A DNA stretch of 63,749 nucleotides, the filler included, from Reticulomyxa filosa (Eukaryota; Protista; Foraminifera): NCBI GenBank assembly GCA_000512085.1. It is 24 parts of 24 records of this genome, joined end to end, with 100 filler letters (N's around TTAATTAATTAA, not from the genome) between each part and the next. Parts side by side here need not be neighbours in the genome. Positions count along the whole stretch, not along the records: positions 27,235 to 28,392 come from ASPP01038963.1; positions 28,493 to 32,516 come from ASPP01000155.1; positions 32,617 to 34,858 come from ASPP01007300.1; positions 34,959 to 36,386 come from ASPP01040271.1; positions 36,487 to 37,769 come from ASPP01018503.1; positions 37,870 to 41,233 come from ASPP01010334.1; 18 more parts are not named here. One strand, 5' to 3'. The position numbers were made by a program, and so were the translations under genes. The notes below the pieces were generated by a model, which worked only from the letters and a program-made list of their open reading frames with translations, ran no database searches and had not been told where the DNA came from. How positions within the stretch are numbered: the first letter of the stretch is position 1; every line of letters begins with the position of its first letter. This document shows positions 27,135 through 39,315 of the stretch, in pieces.

Positions 27135-27753
27135 NNNNNNNNNNNNNNNNNNNNNNNNNNNNNNNNNNNNNNNNNNNNTTAATTAATTAANNNNNNNNNN
27201 NNNNNNNNNNNNNNNNNNNNNNNNNNNNNNNNNNACATTTTTGGATTTTCCACTATGTGTAGATATTATTTTAAAAAAGGATTTTGAATAAATGTTGGTT
27301 TTTTATGAAGAAACACATGAATCTTCGTAGGGGTTCATTTTATGGGAACTTTCTTTTTAGCTGTCGATTGTAATTCAACCTTTCGCGCATTTCAATTTTC
27401 ACTGTTCAAATTATGTGGCGTGCAATTTTTTTATTTCATTAACCAAACAAAAAATGCCAATGTAAAACACCTTTTTTGCTGTTTTTTGTTTCTCATGTCA
27501 CGTCCAGTTGAACTTTTAAATTATTTGAGTTGCGAAAACAACCAAATTATTTCAATGAGAAATAATAATGAAATTTATGTTTTATCCTTTTTTATTTTTA
27601 AAAGTGAAAACAACTTCGTGAGTGATTTTTGTTTAAAAAAAAAACTTTCCCAGTTCAATAAAACTTAAAAAAAAAAAAAAACTCTCTAATAACTTTCTCT
27701 TACGTACAGCTCAAGAAACCGGAAAAAACCAAAAGGACTTTGAAAGAAAGGAA

Positions 27754-28368
27754 ATGAGTACTCTTGAAAAGAAAAAGAGCAAGGACAGTGCGAAAATGGA
27801 ACTGAAGTCAGTTTTTGAACAACAGTCTTGCTTTGATAAGAATTGGATTTTACAATTGAACCAACAGAAAGACATTAACGATGTAATTTGCTTAATTTGC
27901 AAACAAGTTGCGAATAATCCAATGGAAATAAATTGCATTGAACATAAAGACGTAGATGAATCATTGATTGTTGGAGAGAATTGTTTAAAGCAATTTCTTA
28001 GTAAAAATCCAAATTCTTGTCCAGTCGAACATCATAATAATTGTTTATATTCGCAAAATCGATTAGCGAAAAGATATATTGGAGAATTGAATGTAATGTG
28101 TCCAAGACAATTTGAACAAGGAAATAAAGAAAAAGAAGAATCTGAATGTATGAATTGTGATTTTAAAGGAAATATGAAACAATTAGATGATCATTTAAAA
28201 AATTATTGTTGTTTACAAGTAATTAAATGTTGGTTTGAATCATTTGGATGTTATCATAAATGTTTTAAATCTATGATGCAAGATCATTTAACATCAAATA
28301 TGCAATTACATTTTAATTTAGTAATAAGATCTGTTGAAGCATTAAAACAAAAAATTCAAAAATATCAG
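27754..28368 (+). CDS. Degenerate RING plus TRAF-type zinc finger protein, 3' partial
   Basis: [21 protein letters not shown]; LNVMCP..CDFKG..LDDHL..C..IKCWF..GC..DHL..H; coiled coil begins before the intron. Confidence 0.75.
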
Positions 28369-28492
28369 GTATGATTTTAATAAAATAAAATANNNNNNNN
28401 NNNNNNNNNNNNNNNNNNNNNNNNNNNNNNNNNNNNTTAATTAATTAANNNNNNNNNNNNNNNNNNNNNNNNNNNNNNNNNNNNNNNNNNNN

Positions 28493-28527
<35 letters not shown>

Positions 28528-29701
28528 TATTATTGTCATTGTTATCAACTTCATTCAATTGTCTCTTATTTTTCCAAAAAATCGACTCCTTCAAACTCTT
28601 TTCCACTTCTTGCACAAATGAAATATCTTTTCGAATAATGTCCAAATTACACAAATATTGAATCATATTCTGTGAGCCCTCGTCGTAGCGCACACTTGTA
28701 ATCAGACCATAAATCAATTGATCAATCAACTGATGATTTCCGTCGTTTTCAAACATGTCACAAGGACTTCCCTGTTTCGGATTCAAATAGATAAGCAATC
28801 GTATCCACGATATCAAAAAGCCCTTCAATGCATTGGTGGTCATTTGCGCTTTTGCGTTGAGCTCTTTTAATTTTTTGCACAGTTCCAATCTGTTTTGGTC
28901 TGTGTCATATTCGACATTGGATTGCTGTTGTTTGAATGAAGGAGGGATGTCCACGATCAATCGACTTTGAAACAGTTTGCTTATGCTGAAGGCAATGTCT
29001 TTCCAATCCTTTTTATAAAAGCATTGGCTTATCAATTCTTCTTTTGTCATCGCTTCAAACGTTATCAACAATTTTATACTCGTCAAATAATATCGAAAGT
29101 ATCTCAAATCCATTGGCTTCAATTCGTAATAAAAACTATCGCCATTTTTGTTTTTTTTATGTCTTTGTTTGTTTTCGTTTTCATCTGAACTCGTATTGCT
29201 ATTTGCATTCACGATCATCTGCATATTCGATTGCAAACGAATCACTTCGTTTTTTGCAAATTTATACAACAGTTGGATGCTTTCCTTATCGTATTCATAT
29301 AAATTACATATCACCACATGACGTAGCTTGGAGGATTTGCTTGTCAAACTTAATATATACTCGTTACACAGATTTATAAATGCTCCAAACGATTGATACA
29401 ATCCGTCGTTTTTTTCGTGCTTCATTGCTGAATCATTCGTCCACAAGTTTGTTAGTGTCATTTGCAATAACTTTCCAAAACTTACCACTTTCGCTCCCAT
29501 TGCCACTTCCACCATTGCTTTTGATTCCAATAGTCTCCTCAGCTCTCTGCTCGTGTTCCGCTCTTCTAAATCACTCCATGACACTCTTTTCACTTGCCTT
29601 GAAGGTGAACGGATTATTATCGCATGTTCTAAATCAGTCACGCTTTGTAAAGAACTGAAGAATTTTAATAGATCATTTATTGGCTGCACCTTCTTGAGCA
29701 T
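28493..29701 (-). CDS. Hypothetical helical protein, 3' partial
   Basis: 400-codon open frame from MLKKVQPIND to poly-N at the contig end. Confidence 0.7.
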
Positions 29702-30009
29702 TATTTTTATACAGAGAAAGGGAGCAAGCAATACGTTAAACATTCAAGTAAGAGCAATTAATTGTCAGTTGTACAAAATATCGAACATTTACCAAAGTTT
29801 AAACATTTCTCATTTCTACAAAAAACAATTTGAGCATGAAAACAAGCAAAAAAATTAGAAATGTGAAAAACAAACGTTTTGGTAAGATCTCCTCGTTCCA
29901 GAGTGTTCCAAACAGAAAAGAGATCATTGCTCTCTAAAAATTATATAGATTGTTCGCTTTTATACAATTACGGTGCATATGTCTTTCATATTGTTTATGC
30001 TAAATTCAA

Positions 30010-31525
30010 AATTTTGCAAAGCTATAGCGTGAAATTTTGGAGACAGAAAACTTTTTAATGTGGGGAGTTTGCTTAAGCATCATTAAAAAAATATCCGCTA
30101 CCTATACCATTGTCAAAAATTATTAATGAGCCTAAAAACAATTGAAGAATTGCTTTAAAAGATATTTTAGAATTTTAAACACAACATGATCCTCTATTTT
30201 TCGCATAGTGAAAACATACCTCTTCTTCAAAGAAATTAGATTCCATTTGCAAATGCTTTAAAGTTTGACAGTTTGCAAATGCATCAACCAGTGTTTGAAT
30301 CATTGGCAGATCGTCCTTTTCTGTTTCATTTAGTTTTGTATAAATACAATGATAATGTAAGGAAAAATATTGTTTTGGCCTCAAACAGATTCCTCTTAGA
30401 TATATCACATCAAAACAATTGATGTACAAACCGCAGTTTTCTCCAATTCCATTTTCACTTAAATTTAAACGCCAAAAATTTTGCGACCTGATATTTTGTA
30501 ATCCTTTCACAATTCCGTCGCAACCAGAAGTTTTGACCGAGTTCCCTTGTAAGTCCAACTCTCTGTCAATATCAATACTCGGAACTTTTAATGTGTTCTA
30601 AGAAAATGTAGTGCATATTTATCTCAACTCCAACAAGAAACACGAGGAAAAAATTTGTGTTATTCCTTGGACTGCTTGTTGTGTCGAACCGATTCCACAA
30701 TATTGCAGAGATAACCTTTTGAGGGAGCGATTGAACTCAAGGCCATTGGAAAGATGTAAAATTCCAGCATCACCGATTTTGTTAAAATCTAAGCGAATAG
30801 TTTCCAATGTCTTGAATCGCCTTTTTGATTTTGAAGTTTTTATTGAGCTTTTATTTTGCTTGCAAAAATGTTAAGATCCAAATGAAAAAAACCTGTTGTT
30901 TTTCAGTATTCCTTCGGCTAAAGCTTGTATCCCGACATGAGATACACCACAATCACGAAGCTCAAGTTTTTTCAAAGAAGGGCAATTTGCAATGTGTTGT
31001 GACTGTTTTTAATTTTTGGAAAAGAAAATATGAGTATTAGCAAAGCAAAGAGGGGGAGGGAAGAAAAAAAGAAAAGCATTTTAGTTTTCTCAACAATATG
31101 TAAAGCACCCTCATCACCAATACCAGCCCTCCAAAAGCAATACGTGTGCAGCTTGTCATACTTACTTTTGACGATAGCATCGCATAAAGCAGCACAGACC
31201 TGTGAGCCGATATCTCCACCAATGCAAAGTTGTTTGAGTGGTCCTTTTTCTTCTTCGTTTTCGATAAAATCTTTTAAAAGGTTGTATACGCACTGCGTTT
31301 GAATGGTCGAAATGTTTTTATTTTTGCATTCTTTTCGAAAAGCCTGCTGTAACTGCTCAACACTTATTTCCTCTTTGTTTTATTTAAGTCCATAAAAGCC
31401 ACGTTCAACTGAACAACTCATTTAGCTCTTTTTTTTTTTTATCAAAAAGACTCATACCTTCAACCGGCTCTGCTTTTTTGTTGGAACGGCGTTTGCTCTT
31501 TGTCGCGGCGTTTTTTTTTGTCCAT
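30010..31525 (-). CDS. RNI-like leucine-rich repeat protein, multi-exon (3' end approximate)
   Basis: Spliced LKKLELRDCGV, LETIRLDFNKIGDAG, LKRLSLQYCGIG, LEELDLQGN, LNLSENGIG, LKHLQMESN. Confidence 0.82.
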
Positions 31526-32310
31526 GTTTTCTATCAATAGCGTAACAAAATGATCTAATCTTTCAAAGGAAAGCATAGAGATAACACTTATGAACCAAAT
31601 CATGAGTTATGGGAAAATTTTATTGTAGTTTTTCCATTGCAAAAAAAAAAAAAAGTTGTGTGAATGAGATTGGTTTTGTTTCAACATATTTCCGACCTTT
31701 TTTTTTTTAAAAAAAAGACACTAATTTGTTCGATTGTGGACAGGAGACACATATTTCCTTTGAGTTGTACAAATTAATCAGAGAGATCCACATATGCGTT
31801 ATTTGCAAGAAAATATCGACTCGAGACAAAAACAAACAAACAAACAAGTATCGCGACCAATCAAACAATTTTTTTTGTAAAAAAAAAAAAAAAGAAAGCA
31901 AATACACAAATCTCTAAATATCAATATCACCCATGTTCATGACAACAACGAAACAACACAAAAAACGAACGAAAGAACAAAAGAGCCCGTTAGTTCAATG
32001 CGTATCAAAAATTAATGAAAATGGTTGTCGTGGCTGCTGTCACGTGAAAACGCGCAGTTTGTATCCAACGCACAAAATGGAAACAAAAACAAATGAAAGA
32101 AATAAGAGGAGGGGGGGGAAAAACAAAACAAAAAAAAAACAAAAAACAAACAAATTAAGTCAAACAAGTAGAAACAAACAACAAAAGGCCGCTATTGGAA
32201 TGTGAAAGAAAAGGAGAAGGAGAAGGAGAAGGAGGAGGGGAATAAAAAAATAGAAAATAAAAAATAATATGTATGTACAAATTATAAATGTTCGGTGGGA
32301 ATCGCCCATA

Positions 32311-32470
32311 AGAAGTTTGCGATGATATCATGAAACTGATGTGTCCAAAAACATCTTTTGACATCACACATTCTGCACCAATACTTGGAAATGGTAAGTA
32401 CGTGTTCTTCAAACTGTGCAATCGCAATGAACCCACATCGAGACGAATGTTCGAGTGCGCATTAATATAC
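32311..32470 (+). CDS. Probable exon of an unidentified gene
   Basis: Open, higher-GC block (EVCDDIMKLMCPK...ECALIY) bounded by AG and GT, followed by (TA)n. Confidence 0.3.
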
Positions 32471-32477
32471 GTAACAA

Positions 32478-32516
<39 letters not shown>

Positions 32517-32689
32517 NNNNNNNNNNNNNNNNNNNNNNNNNNNNNNNNNNNNNNNNNNNNTTAATTAATTAANNNNNNNNNNNNNNNNNNNNNNNNNNNN
32601 NNNNNNNNNNNNNNNNTTTTTTTTTTTTTTTTTTGTGTGTGTATGTGCCAATGGTGGGCATAAAAAAAAAAAAAGCGCACAAATGCAAG

Positions 32690-33367
32690 AACGTAACTTG
32701 TGTCTCTTTAACATTGACGGGAATTGGAGAAGGCGTCATTTCGGCGAGAACGTCTTCCGATAGAATAGTGTTCGATTCGGCGATGGATGCCAACGGCTTA
32801 CCGATGTTTGTGATCGGCGGCTCGGAAGATAGTAAGGTATCGTTATTATTGTCGTTGTTATTATTGTTTCCAATCATAATCACCTTATTGTTATTGTTGT
32901 TATTATTGTTGTTAATGTTTCCAATCATAATCATCTTATTGTTATTATTATTGCTGTTATTATTATTGCTATTATTATTATTATTGTTATTATTATTATT
33001 GCTATTGTTATTTTTATTGTTGTTATTAGTTGCATTGTTGCTATTGTTGCCATTGTTGCTATTGTTGGTTGCAGACGCGCTGTCTTTATGCTTGCCTTGA
33101 CTTTGATGTTTGTTTTTTTTGGAGACAGTAGGCACCAAAGTTGGAGTCTTCAAAACCACCCTTGCTTTCCAATTCATTGCATTTTTTTCTTGATTTTCTT
33201 TGTTCCGACTATGAAACTCTTTCCACGCTTTTTCCAGCTCTTTGCCCGATTTCCATACAATGAATACGTACATTACTGTTTCGTCTCTTCTTTATTGTGT
33301 GTATGTGTATATGTGGACGAATTTGTTTCCGGCATTGATATTTTATGTTAACGCTTGTGCTTATGTA

Positions 33368-33398
<31 letters not shown>

Positions 33399-33917
33399 AT
33401 GTCGTAGATACACTACCTAAGATGCAACTTTTTCGTAGCTGTCCATCCTTTCCGTTTTTGTGTGACTAGCACTTGAGCTATATTCTTATGATTCGAAAAT
33501 ATTCCCTTCAAAAACTTGGTGTTTTTACTGTCTTTGTAGAGTCCCTCAAACTTCGAAAGAGAGCCAATTAATACCATTATCTTTTTCTCTCGTCTGGGAG
33601 CTTCTTTCTCTTCTTTGCGTGTTTTCTTTCTTTGTTGTTGATAGTCATTACTTTTTGTTTGTTTTGTTTTTGTAAATTTCGCTTGCACTGCTTTTGTCTC
33701 CATGTAAGTGTGTGTTTTGTTTTGTTTTGTTTTTTTTCTCCGTTAACTTCCGGTTTCGTAGAAAATGGTGCGTTAATCGCAATCCATTGCCACCACTCTT
33801 TTCTTCGTTCATCTCTTCTTGCACTGGACTGACACAGTCCTGCTGCCAACCCAAGTCCTCTTGTATATCTGCAATATCGTCCGACATCACGCTCAACACT
33901 TCAAAATCATCGGCCAT
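32690..33917 (-). CDS. Hypothetical multi-exon protein with Asn-rich tract, 3' partial
   Basis: MADDFEVLSVMSDD start and exon-like blocks separated by introns. Confidence 0.55.
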
Positions 33918-35365
33918 TAGTCCAATACAATGGTATTTTGTTTTTGTTCCAGGAAAAAAAAAGCAATTGGAAACAAATATTAAATAATGACAAACACCTG
34001 CCCTGATGCAAGGAAAAAAAGTGTATACCTCCAAAGTTTTTTTAAAGCACTCAAAACAATTTCTTCTGTCTCTTTTCATTTAATATTGCTATGAGAAATA
34101 ACAGCAATACATTTCTCTAATTTCTCGATAAGACTGGAGACAAGCTTATGGATCGTTACATTGTATGTGCTGTTCACTCGTTCAAATTTGTACAAAATTT
34201 GGCATGGAGATATAAAAGCCTTTCCTTTCTATTTGTTTAAAAAGCAACTAATTTCGATTAATTCAGACAATTATTTTAAAAAAAGACATAAACACGTTCA
34301 GTGTAAAAGGACCGTGGCGGTAATAAGTTTTTCCGCGATTGAACTTTGTCCAATATTGTTATATAATGGAATAAATAACCACCATTGACACTTATACGAA
34401 TTACACAAGATGAATGTTGATTATTTGGATGCAACAACTGAAATTCATCGTGCTTCCAGTGGCGTGCGTTACGGTACGCAATTTTATTTTTTTTTTGTCA
34501 TTGAATTTCTTTCAGTGTGAACCCCTATACATTTATAACAAAAAAACAAAAATCGACAAATTATGACGTGCATTACGTCAAAACTATCAAACAGCTGCAC
34601 TTGGAACTGCATGTAAGTCCGGTTTTGATTAATTTTCTGTTTTTTTTCCTCAAATGTTTTGGATAAGTCAAATCGTAAACGACATTGAACATGTTTTTTT
34701 TTTTTGGGGGGGGGGGGGGGGAGGACAGGTTATAACTGCTTGTAGCTGTGTTTATGTAATTCAAGATTTTGTACGATTTGAAGTTAATTAAAAGAGATCC
34801 CACAAGCAAAGGCACTTAATTGCCTTTCAACATTAATTTTTTTTTTTTTTTTTTTTTTNNNNNNNNNNNNNNNNNNNNNNNNNNNNNNNNNNNNNNNNNN
34901 NNTTAATTAATTAANNNNNNNNNNNNNNNNNNNNNNNNNNNNNNNNNNNNNNNNNNNNAACTTTAATGCAGCAAATGAAATTTTGTTTACAAGGTCTTTC
35001 ATCGCTAGTTATAAAAATGAGAAAACACATAAAGAAGAATATGCATTGAATGCAAAAGTAGATAGTGAAGGTGAACATACAAAATGATATATTGACTTGG
35101 ACAAGATATGACTATCCAACAGACTATGCATATAAGTATAATGTGGAATCATTCCATTGATTTTAATCTCATTTATGCTGCACTTAATTTTTGTGGGAGA
35201 TATCAACACAATTTTTAAACTATTGTTCGAATTTGAAAAATGGAAATTTCAAAATAGTAACCAATAAAAAAACAAATCTTGCACTTTAAACGTGCAGAAA
35301 ACAACGACAAGTTTCGAGAGGCGCTTATCCTTTTTTTGTCGGAACTAATTCTTGCCTAACTAATC

Positions 35366-36336
35366 ATGGCTGAAAGTAACGAAGTTCAAGAATCAATTCA
35401 TAAATATTTGAGAGACGAATTAAAAATAAAATCTGATGACGCTTTGAAAGTTGCTTCTTACTTAAGTAGTTTAGGTGTAACCGAAACTAGCGACATAGCA
35501 TATGTGATACCAGAAGATTGGGAAAAGTTATTCAAGGATGTAGAAGTAGCTCCAATTTCAAAAAGGAAATTGTTGGCGAAGATGGACGAAGTGCGTTCGA
35601 AGAAGACTCCTGCATGTCCAGCCCAAATGTATCTGTCAACTTTTTTTCTTTGTGTTGTTTTGTTTTTGCGTTTATTAAATTGGATGGCATGATTGGCACA
35701 GACAAGAGTACACAAAGATTTTGAGCGTCGACAACAACAAAGCCATGATCTTCGTGGTACGTGTATTTGTTCTGAATTCAAAAAACAAACAAAAAAAACA
35801 GAGTCAAAAAGTATAGTTAATTGCAAAAAAAAAAAAAAAAAAGAATGAAACAGTAGTGACCTTTGACGTGAGCGACGCAAGATGGAATACGTTGAATTTG
35901 AGAAGTGGTGATGAAATCTTTTGTGTATGTGCAATGAATGAAAGCAAAGTCGCAATTATCAGTGATATCAAATTTCCTGTGCTGTATCAAAGCACAGTGT
36001 GTCAAGACGACTCCCAATTTTTGTCGGTGCAGTTGCACTGTTTAAAACAAGTACGCTAAAATTGAATATCTTTTTTTTTATAAAAAAAAAAAAGTACAAA
36101 GCAATGATATTGTATAATATACTCATATGTCATAATATGTTTGTTGTGCAATGTGGAAGCAACAACCCACTAAAGTGACATTTCTCGACGACGAAAAAAA
36201 AGAAAAATGGAGGGTAGGAGACAGGCTCGAGTTTCGTTGCAAATGTATGAACGACGTGTGGAGAGCTATCGATATCAAAGCCCTTGAGAGAGCCCCTTTG
36301 TTTTGTCTTTTTTTTTTTCATTTGGTGAACAAATAA
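35366..36336 (+). CDS. Protein with SAM-like N-terminus and two putative OB/cold-shock-like modules, 4 exons, probably 3' partial
   Basis: YLSSLGVTETSDIAYV.PEDW...PISKRKL is SAM-like; LRSGDEIFCV and WRVGDRLEF...AIDIK resemble S1/CSD strands. Confidence 0.5.
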
Positions 36337-36486
36337 AATTGTACGTATACGTATGTGGGTGTACGTTTTTGTTTTTTTTTTTTTTTNNNNNNNNNNNNNN
36401 NNNNNNNNNNNNNNNNNNNNNNNNNNNNNNTTAATTAATTAANNNNNNNNNNNNNNNNNNNNNNNNNNNNNNNNNNNNNNNNNNNN

Positions 36487-37769
36487 CCCGGCAGGAAGAC
36501 ATGGGCGTAGTTCGCCGTCTCGTTCAGGAACAGGTCCTGCACCACGACGCATTCCATCGCCGACAGCGCCTGCACGACATGGGCCGTGTCGGGGTCGGAC
36601 TGCAGGATGTCCTCCGCCCTGGACATAGAGGCCCTTGAAGGTGCCTTCGATCGCCGCATCGAACATGTTGGGGATTCGCAGGCCCGGTTCCGAATCAATC
36701 GGACGGCCCCACATCTTCTCGAACATCTCGCGCGTCGCGTCGTCGGAGATGTGACGATATCCCGTAGCTCGTGCGGGAACGAGCCCATGTCGCAGGATCC
36801 CTGGACGTTGTTCTGTCCGCGCAGCGGGTTAACGCCGACGCCCGGCCGGCCGAGATTACCGGTCACCATGGCGAGGTTGGCGATCGCCATGACCGTCGTG
36901 GTGCCCTGGCTGTGTTCGGTGACGCCGAGACCGTAATAGATCGCGGCGTTGCCGCCGGTGGCGTAGAGACGCGCGGCGCCGCGGATCGCCTCGGGATCGA
37001 CGCCGGCCATCGGGCCGATCGTTTCGGGGCTGTTCTGCGGCTCCGACACGAAGGCCGCCCAGTATTCGAAAGCGTCGCGGTCGCAGAATTCGCGTACGAA
37101 CGTCTCGTTGACCAGCCCTTCGGTGACGATCGTGTGCGCCAGCGCGTTCATCACCGCGGCGTTGGTGCCCGGCCGCAGCGGCAGGTGATAGTCGGCCGCG
37201 ACATGCGGCATGCGCACGAGGTCGATGCGACGCGGATCGACCACGATCAGCTTCGCCCCCTGGCGCAGGCGCTTCTTCAGGCGCGAGGCGAAGACGGGGT
37301 GGGCGTCGGTCGGGTTGGCGCCGATCACCAGGATCACGTCGCACTGCTCGACCGAATCGAAATCCTGCGTGCCCGCCGAGGTGCCGAAGGCCTGGCTGAG
37401 GCCGAAGCCGGTCGGCGAATGGCAGACGCGGGCGCAGGTATCGACATTGTTGTTGCCGAAGCCGCCCCGTATCAGCTTCTGCACCAGATACGTCTCTTCG
37501 TTGGTGCAGCGCGACGAGGTGATGCCGCCAACGGAGAGGCGGCCGTACTTTTGCTGCAGCCGGCGAAATTCCGACGCCACCCGTCCGATCGCTTCGTCCC
37601 AGCTCACCTCGCGCCAGGGCTGGTCGATACTCTCGCGGATCATCGGCTTCAGGATCCGTTCCTTGTGGTGGGTATAGCCCCAGGCGAAGCGGCCCTTCAC
37701 GCAGGAATGCCCGCGATTGGCCTTGCCGTCCTTCCACGGCACCATGCGCACCAGCTCCTCGCCGCGCAT
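36487..37769 (-). CDS. fdsA: Molybdopterin formate dehydrogenase alpha subunit (FdsA/FdhF type), internal fragment with two compensating frameshifts (bacterial contig)
   Basis: CVKGRFAW, SSRCTNEE, NNVDTCARVCH (Cys ligand), GANPTDAHP, LRGQNNVQGSCDMG, QDLFLNETA; high GC. Confidence 0.92.
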
Positions 37770-38010
37770 NNNNNNNNNNNNNNNNNNNNNNNNNNNNNNN
37801 NNNNNNNNNNNNNTTAATTAATTAANNNNNNNNNNNNNNNNNNNNNNNNNNNNNNNNNNNNNNNNNNNNATTATTTTTTTTATTTTAATTTTTTATTTTA
37901 ATTTTTTTTTTTTTTTTTTTTTTTTTTTAATCTATCTTTTTTGGATAGTTTTTATTTCATAAAGAGAGTTTTTTTTTTTTTTTTTTTGTTAAAAGTAGTA
38001 TCCGCAGCAT

Positions 38011-38812
38011 TTGGTAACGATATTGCGGATTTATACAGTGAACAACTGGTTTGATGATGTATCCGTAATACCGTTTGCAAAGACGTTGAACTTTTTGTCG
38101 ACAGGGAGACACTGCAATGAAACGTATTACGTACCGACGTTTCCCGTGAACGAGGAGGGGTACACACACACGAACGGTGGTATGATGGTGTTCGACATTG
38201 CGCAGGCACTTGGCCAAATGAGTCGAGCACTGTTGAACAATGCCATTGTGAGCAACAACTTAGAGCGGTGGCGTCCAAATCGTCTGTGCAAAGAGATTGA
38301 AGAGAATAATGGAATAATATATCCGACACTTTTGAATTTGTTTGTAAACGCACAATCTCCAGAAATGTGTTCACCAAACATGATTTTTTCCGGCGGGGGC
38401 AATACAAACGTGGAATTTATCGCAGCGTATCAATACAACGCGTCGCAGTCGTTGCGAATCAGCGTGCCGCCATTTACACTCGCAGGTCGACGCTTCCGTT
38501 CGCGTCCTCCCTTGTCCGTGTCGACAGTGTTGGTGAACCAACGCGACGGTTCCACCGGCGTAATCGTGCACGCATACCACCCTTCGTATGTCAACGTGTC
38601 GTGCTGGCTGCACTACCACTGGGGCGACTCTACTTCCGTCCTGGTGTCCGCCACCGTCAATGTGACGAAGGTACCCATGCATCTGTCGTACAACGATCAA
38701 TGGATCGGAAGAAGGAGAGCAATGGCACCAAAGCCACAAGCAAATACCAATGTAACTGTCACGTTTGAACTATCCAAAGCATACCTTGCGCGAGTACAAG
38801 CTAATGATAACA

Positions 38813-38856
<44 letters not shown>

Positions 38857-39281
38857 TCCAAAATTGGATTCAACAAGTAATGAAATCGCATTTGAAATGC
38901 ATATCAATAGACCCATTGTCGAATGGAATTGCAGCCAACTGCACCATATTGTGGAACAATGAGTACAATGACACTAACGCCAATACCACGTTCGTGCAGT
39001 GCGAGTGCGAAAAGGAAGGCCTGCTATCGATGGCCCTCGTCGATCGCACGCAAACCCTTCCATCGTCGTCCCCTCTGACGGCGTCGTTCGGCTCTGGCCA
39101 AGCATCGCAGAACAACTTCCAATGGCTCTTGTTCGGAGGCACGTACGTGGTCCTTACGGCCTTGTACTGCGTCGTCCCCTCCAAAAGCGCTTTCAAATGG
39201 AAAATGACGCAAATGAAATCGAACCGACATCATCATGACGGACTGCACAAAACCAAAGCGGAAGAGACCAATCTTACTACC

Positions 39282-39315
<34 letters not shown>

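Noticed and set aside
37410-37445. Selenocysteine or alternative genetic code
   Set aside because: The FDH ligand is a Cys codon, and eukaryotic genes end normally at TAA, TAG or TGA with no conserved in-frame stops.
36771-37817. Long overlapping ORFs (348 aa +, 293 aa -) in the FDH contig
   Set aside because: Expected stop-poor shadow frames of high-GC coding DNA.
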